Assembly: GCA_027038095.1 (NCBI GenBank)
Contig: JALVYA010000165.1
Location: forward strand, 1 to 31,416
Length of the DNA stretch: 31,416 bases
Source of the DNA: Archaeoglobaceae archaeon
GTDB taxonomy: Archaea; Halobacteriota; Archaeoglobi; Archaeoglobales; Archaeoglobaceae
Direction: 5' to 3'
Below are positions 9,001 to 16,269 of this stretch, one piece after another. The stretch's first letter is position 1, and each line of letters begins with the position of its first letter. Made by a program: the position numbers and the translations under genes. The notes beneath the pieces are model-generated. The model did no database searches, had not been told where the DNA came from, and was given only the letters and a program-made list of their open reading frames with translations.

Positions 9001-9053
9001 CTGGTAATTTCAACGACAGATAGTGTTAAATTTCGAAAGCTAAATGTTAGCTC

Positions 9054-9584
9054 ATGAAGTGTTACCAGTGCGGGACATGCACGGCAGATTGCACGTACGC
9101 AAACATCGATGAAAGCGGTAATTTCAACCCGAGAAGGATGATGCTTGATTACTTCGAGAAAGGAAAGCTGTCAGAGCTCTGCTGGCTTTGTGCAGAGTGC
9201 TTCAAGTGCTACAGGTGTCCCAGAGACGTCAAACCTTACGCAGTGCTGGCGGAGATGAGAGCCGAATTCATCAAAAAGGGTAAGGTTCCGGCGTACGTTA
9301 AGGCGTTCGTCGAAACGGTTAAAAATTACGGGGAGCTTGACGAGACGGCATTCTTTCTGAAGCTCATGAAATCCGGTAACATGATGGACATGTCCATCGT
9401 AATCTCGTCCCTGAAGAACACTTTAAAGAACAGAGGTATATCCAAAGCGATTGCTCTGCCGAAAAAAAGTCCGTGTGCGGGAGAGGTATCCAGGATATTT
9501 TCAGCTGTTGAGGGTAAAGATAAAGTGAAGCTTGAAGCTGAGGAAAAATCCAGAAGCATAGCTGCAGCAGGTGTGCCTGCATGA
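9054..9584 (+). CDS. hdrC: Heterodisulfide reductase subunit C-like 2x[4Fe-4S] protein, lacking the usual N-terminal segment
   Basis: CYQCGTCTADC, NPRRMM, WLCAECFKCYRCPRDV. In-frame TAG at 9048-9050 fixes the start. ATGA overlap with hdrB. Confidence 0.85.
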   Translation: MKCYQCGTCTADCTYANIDESGNFNPRRMMLDYFEKGKLSELCWLCAECFKCYRCPRDVKPYAVLAEMRAEFIKKGKVPAYVKAFVETVKNYGELDETAFFLKLMKSGNMMDMSIVISSLKNTLKNRGISKAIALPKKSPCAGEVSRIFSAVEGKDKVKLEAEEKSRSIAAAGVPA

Positions 9585-10342
9585 AGCTCGCCTTCTTCCC
9601 CGGTTGCTCGGCAAAAAGCTCCGGAATGGAGTACGCCAAGTCATCACTGGAGCTGATGAAAAAGCTCGGTCTGGAAATTGCATGTCCGGAATTCAACTGC
9701 TGCGGAACTCACATAGTCGAGGAGTACAACAAAAACATCTGGTTGGCTTTGAACGCGAGAAACCTGTCTCTCGCTGAAGAAATTGGAGCGGACATAGTTA
9801 CGACCTGTCCGGCCTGCTATCAGAACCTGAAAAAAACGAATCTGGAGCTTGGAGACGAAAAAGTGCTTGAGGATGTTAACAGCGTGCTGGCAAGTGTGAA
9901 CAGAGAGTACAGAGGAAGTGTAAGTGTGTTCCACGTGATTGAAGTCCTGAGCAAACTCTCCAGGAAAATTGCCGTTGAAAGCAGGCTCAAAGTAGCAGCC
10001 TACTACGGCTGTCAGATACTGAGACCACCGGAGCTCGGAATAGACGATAACATCGAAAATCCAACGGTGTTCGAGAACTTCCTGAAGAATGCAGGTTTTG
10101 AAGTCGTGGACTTCAAAGCAAAAACTGAGTGCTGTGGCGGACCACTCCTGCTCACAGATTCAGATGCTTTCAAAAAGAGAGCGTTAACCATAGTTCTGGA
10201 GGCAAAGAAGGCGGGAGCCGATTGCATAACCACACTCTGTCCCCTCTGCCAGTTCTCTCTTGAAGTTGTTCAGGATAAGATGCCTGTTAGGCCCTTTACG
10301 AGCCTGATTCTGGAGAATCTGGCGAGTCAGATATCCGAATAA
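9581..10342 (+). CDS. hdrB: Heterodisulfide reductase subunit B-like protein with two CCG domains
   Basis: FFPGCS...NCCG...TCPACY and YYGCQ...ECCGG...LCPLCQ give ten Cys for two non-cubane clusters; also ALNARNLSLAE. Confidence 0.92.
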   Translation: MKLAFFPGCSAKSSGMEYAKSSLELMKKLGLEIACPEFNCCGTHIVEEYNKNIWLALNARNLSLAEEIGADIVTTCPACYQNLKKTNLELGDEKVLEDVNSVLASVNREYRGSVSVFHVIEVLSKLSRKIAVESRLKVAAYYGCQILRPPELGIDDNIENPTVFENFLKNAGFEVVDFKAKTECCGGPLLLTDSDAFKKRALTIVLEAKKAGADCITTLCPLCQFSLEVVQDKMPVRPFTSLILENLASQISE

Positions 10343-10358
10343 AAGCAAAATATTTTAT

Positions 10359-12158
10359 TTAAGTTAACTCTCTTCTACCCCCTTCAGCTAGCTCCATTGT
10401 ATAGCGAGCATAGGCTCTCACGATTGCAGGCCTGTTTATCATGCCGAGCAGAACTTTCGGGTTGTCCCTCCTGACAACAGGCAGCCTTCCAACACCGTAA
10501 GTTGCGAGTTTGATTAAAGCATCGCTTAAAGTTTCGTCGGGATACGTTACTATCAGGTGTCTGGACATGACATCTCTTACCTTTGTTACCTCTCTCAGTT
10601 CTGGAGGCACTCTTTCAGCGTCTTCAAACGTCACTATGCCTACGAGCTCGCCCTTTTCCATTACAGGAAATCCTATGTGTCCGTATTTTTCTATGAGCTT
10701 CAGAACCTCCATAACTGACGTCTCCGGACTGACAATTATCAGCTCCTCTCTCGGAACCATCGCCTCCTCCACTTTTATCTGCTTCAGTATGTCTATTGAC
10801 ATCTCTCTGCTGTGAACGGGGCTTTCAGCTCTCGTATCAAACTGTGCATCGCACAGAGTGTGGTCTCCGGTTATGGCGTAGGAAACGATAGACGCTATTG
10901 CCAGAGCAGGCAGGAGGTTGTAACCGCCGGTCATCTCTAAAACCATGATTATTCCAGCCAAGGGCGTTTTAAAGGCTCCTGCAAGCATTGCAGCCATTCC
11001 GACGAGCATGTATCCCACGGGACTTCCAATGAGGTTTGGGAAAAGACTGTGCAGGAAATACCCTATGGCTCCGCCGAACATGCATCCAATCACAACTGCT
11101 GGAGCGAAGAGTCCGCCGCTTCCACCGCTACCAACTGTTACGGTTGTGGAAATAATTTTCATGATTGCTATGGCGAACAGCAGTGCCGCTATTGGATATG
11201 CTCCGTGTATGGCCTTTTCAGCGTATCCGTATCCCGTTCCAAGAATGTACGGAAACTTCCACCCTATTAAACCCACTATCAAACCGCCTATGGCCGGTCT
11301 TATGGCAGTGTGGAATGGCAGGCTCTTGAAGAACTTTTTAACGGCTTTATACGTAAATATGTAGAACAGACTGAGCAAGCCACACGCCACACCGAGCAGT
11401 AAATACGCTAACAGCTCGAATGGAGACCTGATCACAACAGGTGGTGTGGAGAATATCCTCAGCTCTCCGAAGGGCATACCGGCAAAGTAGTCCAGTATCG
11501 ATGTGAACACAACAAAAGAAACTATGGATGCGATAACAGCTGGAATAATTGCTTCAACTTCGTAATCCCTTTTGTACAGAACCTCAATACCGAAAATAGC
11601 TCCACCGAGAGGCGCCATGAACACGGCACTCATTCCGGCACCGATACCACTCGCAATCAGAATTTTTTTGTCCTTTTCACTTATCTTCAACCTGCCTCCC
11701 AGTATTGACCCCATTCCAGCACCAATCTGCATTATTGGTCCTTCTCTTCCACCACTCCCTCCGCTTCCAATGGTCAGACCCGTAACCAAGACCTTGACAA
11801 AAGGCACTTTTGTAGCAATTCTCTCCTTCAGGTAGTGGAAGGCTTTAACAGCCTGACTCGAACCTCCTCCAAGCGTCTCAGGAGCCAAAAAGTATCCCAC
11901 CACACCGCACAGCAAACCACCTAAAGCTGGTATGATGAAAAGGGGAAGAATTCCGAGATGAAAGTGAAAGTGGAATATTTCAACCTCTCCAAATGAGTGC
12001 GGTGCTGTGTAACTGTCCAGACCTGAGAGAAAGAATTTGCTTCCAAGTTCAATGGCTGCTGCCAGAAGGAATGCCATGATTCCCGTGGCAAAACCCACGA
12101 GAACTGAGATTATTGTGATCGTGAGTATTCTGGTTTTCAGGTAAACCCTGCTGAGCAT
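10359..12158 (-). CDS. CLC-family anion channel/transporter with a C-terminal CBS pair
   Basis: GSGGSGGREGP, FMAPLGGAIFGIEV, GSGGSGGLFAP; many hydrophobic helices; CBS motifs HIGFPV and VGRLPVV. Confidence 0.92.
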   Translation of the reverse strand: MLSRVYLKTRILTITIISVLVGFATGIMAFLLAAAIELGSKFFLSGLDSYTAPHSFGEVEIFHFHFHLGILPLFIIPALGGLLCGVVGYFLAPETLGGGSSQAVKAFHYLKERIATKVPFVKVLVTGLTIGSGGSGGREGPIMQIGAGMGSILGGRLKISEKDKKILIASGIGAGMSAVFMAPLGGAIFGIEVLYKRDYEVEAIIPAVIASIVSFVVFTSILDYFAGMPFGELRIFSTPPVVIRSPFELLAYLLLGVACGLLSLFYIFTYKAVKKFFKSLPFHTAIRPAIGGLIVGLIGWKFPYILGTGYGYAEKAIHGAYPIAALLFAIAIMKIISTTVTVGSGGSGGLFAPAVVIGCMFGGAIGYFLHSLFPNLIGSPVGYMLVGMAAMLAGAFKTPLAGIIMVLEMTGGYNLLPALAIASIVSYAITGDHTLCDAQFDTRAESPVHSREMSIDILKQIKVEEAMVPREELIIVSPETSVMEVLKLIEKYGHIGFPVMEKGELVGIVTFEDAERVPPELREVTKVRDVMSRHLIVTYPDETLSDALIKLATYGVGRLPVVRRDNPKVLLGMINRPAIVRAYARYTMELAEGGRRELT

Positions 12159-12306
12159 GCAGATATCTCCACAACGTTGTTAATAACTTTTCCGCAAAGC
12201 ATCGGTTGTTCACAGCCATTACTGTGGAAGTTCTCTGAATGGTTATTTCAATCAAATCTCCTGATTTGAAGTCATTTGATAACGTCGCCGACTTACCAGA
12301 ATTTTG

Positions 12307-13302
12307 TCAGTTTTTTACTGCGTAGTTTAAATTTAATTTTTCACCAAAATATTTAACTGCTTTAGTAACAACCCCTTCGGGCGAGAGAACTATCAGCACT
12401 ATCAGCAATGCGTAGAGTATCATTTCGTCGGATATGTGTACGGGAGAGAACGAATTGAGGAACGTTGATACTTGAATCAGCACCCAGTTTTTGGCAACGT
12501 ATATCGCGAAACCTCCAGCCGCACTGCCGTAAAAGGTTCCTATACCTCCCGCTATAACGCCGAGTATGATTTCGAGCATTAAAGGAATGCTGAACGAATC
12601 AACTCCCACCGTCATCTCGTAGTGGACTGACAGAGCTCCAGCCAGTCCTGCGAAAAAAGCGCTGACGCAAAAAGCGAGCAGCTTGTACTTTACGACATCT
12701 ATTCCAACAGCCTCGGCAAGGTCTTCATCATCCCTCACAGCCCTGAGCTTGACGCCAATGCTGGAGTTTACGAAAGCGTACATGGCTGCAAGGCAGGAGA
12801 AGCAGAATACGAGGGCAATGTAGTAGTTCTCCACCACTCCACCCGGCAGGGCTTTGGAGAACGGAATCGAAAAACCCTCGTAACCTCCGAAAATTCCGGA
12901 GTATATGTTTGCGAGCTGGATAAAAATCAGCGGAAGTACTGCCGTAACGAGTGCCAGGTAGTATCCCTTAAGCCTCAAACATATCGCACCTATTCCCAGC
13001 CCGAACAGGGTGGCGACAATTCCCCCCGTCAGAATTGTCAGGAAAATGGGCAGGTCGGGATGTGGAATCCGGGAGGTGCAGAGCAGAGCAGTCGTGTAAG
13101 CTCCAATGCCTATAAACACCGTATGCCCTAAGTTCGTCTGCCCTGCGTATCCGGCAATTATGTCCCAGCTCACGCAGTAAACAACGAAGATAAAAGCAAG
13201 TCCAAGCATGTACAGCACGGCGGTGTTGACAGCCACTGGAAGTGCAGCGAATACAGCCATGCTGAGAGCGAAGAAAATTAAAGCTCTTGTTTTGCTCTTC
13301 AT
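12307..13302 (-). CDS. livM: Branched-chain amino acid ABC transporter permease, LivM-like
   Basis: SWDIIAGYAGQTNLGH, RLKGYYLALVT, GVKLRAVRDDEDLAEAVGID, GGIGTFYG. Start set at the ATG at 13302, coupled to the livH stop. Confidence 0.88.
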   Translation of the reverse strand: MKSKTRALIFFALSMAVFAALPVAVNTAVLYMLGLAFIFVVYCVSWDIIAGYAGQTNLGHTVFIGIGAYTTALLCTSRIPHPDLPIFLTILTGGIVATLFGLGIGAICLRLKGYYLALVTAVLPLIFIQLANIYSGIFGGYEGFSIPFSKALPGGVVENYYIALVFCFSCLAAMYAFVNSSIGVKLRAVRDDEDLAEAVGIDVVKYKLLAFCVSAFFAGLAGALSVHYEMTVGVDSFSIPLMLEIILGVIAGGIGTFYGSAAGGFAIYVAKNWVLIQVSTFLNSFSPVHISDEMILYALLIVLIVLSPEGVVTKAVKYFGEKLNLNYAVKN

Positions 13303-13303
13303 T

Positions 13304-14173
13304 TCACTCCACCCCCATGAGTCCCTGCGGTCTGACAACGAGTATTGCAATTATCGCGAGCATTGCAACGACTTCAGCCCACTCGGAGGCGAACAGTATG
13401 GATACGGCGACCTGCATGTAGCCGATGATGAACGCAGCTATGATGCTACCTCTAACACTGCCAAGACCGCCGAGAATGACTATTGCAAACGCGTATATCA
13501 GAACTCTCAACGCAGTCATCGGATTCACGGCGTAGATCTGAGCGTATAGTATCCCGCCAACTCCTGCTAACAGAGCTGACAAAAACATGGTTATTATATA
13601 AACTTTTTCAACGTCTATACCAATGATCATTGCTGCCTCGCAGTCCTGAGACGTTGCGACTATCTCCTTCCCACGTCTGGTTTTGTTTATGAAGCAGTCC
13701 AGTGCGGCAATTATGGTTATAGAAATGACGAAAGCAAGAATTCTCGTGTAAGTTACAGGAATTCCTGCTACGGATACGCAGCCTGAAACGAAGGGTGGAA
13801 TTGATATGGAGACATCGCTGAACACTGACAGCAGGATCTCCTTGATGAGCAAAGCAACTGCAAGCGTTACGAGAATTACCATCACCTCGTATCGTCTGAC
13901 CGGCTTAACTGTAAAAACGTAAACGGCAACGCCAACGAGTCCAACAAGCAGACATGCCACAGCTGAGGCAAGGATAAGTGCAGTTACGCCCGGAACGACT
14001 CTGGAAACGAGGTCGTACAGGACCAGCGTAAAGTACGCTCCGAGAGCGAAGTATATTCCGTGAGCGAAGTTGAGAACTCTTGCAACCCCGAAAACGAGGC
14101 TGAAACCGGAGGCTACAAGAGCCCAGATCCCTCCCACTATGCTGCCGAGCACGATTATTTCAGCCAGACTCAT
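13304..14173 (-). CDS. livH: Branched-chain amino acid ABC transporter permease, LivH-like
   Basis: ALVASGFSLVFGVARVLNFAHG, TRRGKEIVATSQD, AFAIVILGGLGSVRG, VVRPQGLMG. Confidence 0.9.
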   Translation of the reverse strand: MSLAEIIVLGSIVGGIWALVASGFSLVFGVARVLNFAHGIYFALGAYFTLVLYDLVSRVVPGVTALILASAVACLLVGLVGVAVYVFTVKPVRRYEVMVILVTLAVALLIKEILLSVFSDVSISIPPFVSGCVSVAGIPVTYTRILAFVISITIIAALDCFINKTRRGKEIVATSQDCEAAMIIGIDVEKVYIITMFLSALLAGVGGILYAQIYAVNPMTALRVLIYAFAIVILGGLGSVRGSIIAAFIIGYMQVAVSILFASEWAEVVAMLAIIAILVVRPQGLMGVE

Positions 14174-14296
14174 GGTATCTCCTGCTTTTTTGCTTCTCTG
14201 ACACTTTGATACTCTCTATCAAGCAAGCGTTACGGAATTGGGGCATGCAGAAGTGAGTAAAAAGATTGCGGTGCGCTTTCAACTCCCGTGGAATTA

Positions 14297-15421
14297 CTAA
14301 ATTTCCGAAAACTTTAGACACAGCCTTTCCAGCAGCTTCTTTCTTTCTAACACCTTATTCAAAACCTCTGCAGCACCGTTACCCGTTGAAATGATCGACG
14401 TAACGGGCTGGTAACGTTCAAATTCTTCACCCCACTCCGGTATGTCCGCGAAGAACGGGCTGTGTGGCGAGATACAGGCTCTCAGTTCTGAAGGACTGTA
14501 GTAAACAGCCCTGCAGGCGACCCTTTTTGGTTTTAATTTCAGGTCTTTCAGGTTTAATTTCCCTTCAAAAGTCCTGACGTGGAGGTCGAACAGTCCTGCG
14601 TCGTGGCTGAGCTCAAAAGAGTCGAGACTTCCCGGAATTCTCGGATTCAGCTCGAGGACGAAAACGCTATCGTTGCAAACGACCATGTCTACGCCACAGC
14701 AACCTTCCACGTCAAACAGGCTTGCAACTTCCTCGGAAATTCTTCTCGCCTTAACAAGCACATCTCTGCTGAGCGGGGATACTGCTTCAGCAGGCGTAAC
14801 GTTTCCGGAGTAGAGAAATCCGCATGCGTTCATTTCCTTCCATCCGGAGAGGAGTTTGTTAATCGCTATGCACTTCGTGCAGCTGCTGCTGGATAGAACT
14901 ATTGCCGATATCGTTTCCCCTTCCACGTACTTCTGCGGAATGTATTCCCTCTTTTTTCCCCCTCCATCTCTTTCGCTTTCGAATTTCAGGGCTTCAGAAT
15001 CGCCTGAAAAATCGCCTGAAAAAACTATTCCCACGCCTCCTCCACCAAACCTCGGCTTGAGAATAGTTCTGCCGTTTTCAAAGCTTTTTCCGATTTCGGG
15101 ATACGCTATTCCGGCTCTTTCAAGCTCTCTGTAAAACTTCAGCTTGTCCAGACACCTTTCATCGAAGCTTCCAGCCACCTCCACCTTTCTCCTGATTTTG
15201 CTCGCAAACTTTTCCATTCCCGTTGTCAGGACGGCAAACGTTCCTTTCTCCTCGCACAGCCTAACAACGAGTTCTGCGGAATTTTCGTCAAACCTGTAGT
15301 ATTCGTCGGCGTAAAGCTTTAAGTCTTCATCGCAGTACTTTACCACTGCAAAAACTTCGTATCCTGATATTTTCGCAGATTTTACGACATTTCTCGCATT
15401 TATTCCTGCAACGACTGCCAT
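14297..15421 (-). CDS. ATP-grasp domain protein (archaeal carboligase/amide-ligase-like, substrate unknown)
   Basis: LDKLKFY, ILKPRFGGGGVGI, QKYVEG, GCCGVDMV, VLELNPRIPGS (ATP-grasp ExNPR). Overlaps the end of cofE by 22 bp. Confidence 0.82.
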   Translation of the reverse strand: MAVVAGINARNVVKSAKISGYEVFAVVKYCDEDLKLYADEYYRFDENSAELVVRLCEEKGTFAVLTTGMEKFASKIRRKVEVAGSFDERCLDKLKFYRELERAGIAYPEIGKSFENGRTILKPRFGGGGVGIVFSGDFSGDSEALKFESERDGGGKKREYIPQKYVEGETISAIVLSSSSCTKCIAINKLLSGWKEMNACGFLYSGNVTPAEAVSPLSRDVLVKARRISEEVASLFDVEGCCGVDMVVCNDSVFVLELNPRIPGSLDSFELSHDAGLFDLHVRTFEGKLNLKDLKLKPKRVACRAVYYSPSELRACISPHSPFFADIPEWGEEFERYQPVTSIISTGNGAAEVLNKVLERKKLLERLCLKFSEI

Positions 15422-16170
15422 TCCTTTATAATCCTCCTTATAACGTCCTCCTCATCACTTCTGTACACGCTTCGAAATTCGCCCTCTCCGCCATCTAAGA
15501 GATTTTTGACACCCCTGAAAACGACTGCCGGTACCGAGTAATCCCCTTCTCCCATCAGCAGGTTCGCAAAAGCGGCAATTTCGTCAGCCACGCACTCGCT
15601 CGTTTTCGTCAGCCTCTTGCCAAAAAGGTCTCTTTTGCCAATCCAGTTTTTCAGGGGATTCACCCCAGAACACCCTATGGCAAAGCCCGTAACGCCCTTC
15701 CTGAAGCACCTTCCGTTCGTATCCGTGAGTATCACTCCAACTTCGCAGCCAGAAATTTCTTTTATGGCATCCCTTAACTTTCTTGCACTCAAATCGGGGT
15801 TTTCCGGTGGAAGCAGTACGAAACCGTCCTCGACGTTTGACCTGTCCACGCCGGCGTTTACGCATACGTTGCCAAACTTCGCTTTGACGAGCAGAAACGG
15901 ATGGCTTATCAGTATCTCCTCGCTTTCCTCAAGCACGGCCTGAACGAACCTCGCCTCTTCCCCGAGCTTTTCCGCTATTTCAACAGCTTCTCTGGAAGGA
16001 GTGTAGCTGTCCAGTTTTCTCACCCTGCCCTCAGCCCTCGACACGATTGTGGAGCTGACGGCAACCACATCTCCATCCAAAACGCGTGGCGCTATTATTT
16101 CAGCTATTTCCCTCAGCGTCGTTTCCTTGAGCAGAGGAAACCTTACGGGTATTACTCTTACCTCCGACAC
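15400..16170 (-). CDS. cofE: Coenzyme F420-0:L-glutamate ligase
   Basis: VSSTIVSRAEGR, VCVNAGVDRSN, LLPPENPDLSA, VILTDTNGRCFRKG, ADEIAAFANLLMGEG. GTG start. Confidence 0.93.
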   Translation of the reverse strand: MSEVRVIPVRFPLLKETTLREIAEIIAPRVLDGDVVAVSSTIVSRAEGRVRKLDSYTPSREAVEIAEKLGEEARFVQAVLEESEEILISHPFLLVKAKFGNVCVNAGVDRSNVEDGFVLLPPENPDLSARKLRDAIKEISGCEVGVILTDTNGRCFRKGVTGFAIGCSGVNPLKNWIGKRDLFGKRLTKTSECVADEIAAFANLLMGEGDYSVPAVVFRGVKNLLDGGEGEFRSVYRSDEEDVIRRIIKEWQSLQE

Positions 16171-16269
16171 GCACGTTTTTGGATGCCTGGATAAATACAG
16201 TTTTTCCTGAAGTTCAGCAACAGTGGTCAGCGGACAAACGTTAATTACTGCATAACCAGAACTGCAGAT

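Noticed and set aside
9044-9112. Frameshifted N-terminus for hdrC from the ATG at 9044
   Set aside because: That frame stops after 22 codons, adds only three codons before the hdrC start and has no HdrC resemblance.
4369-10342. Selenocysteine recoding in HdrA or MvhD
   Set aside because: All five ORFs are uninterrupted, and the expected ligand positions are ordinary Cys codons.
12159-12306. Fluoride riboswitch upstream of the CLC gene
   Set aside because: No match to the crcB-motif consensus on the minus strand, and the protein has GREGP rather than the CLC-F signature GREGT. Only short palindromes are present (ACAACGTTGT at 12171-12180; TCAAATC-TCCT-GATTTGA at 12252-12269).
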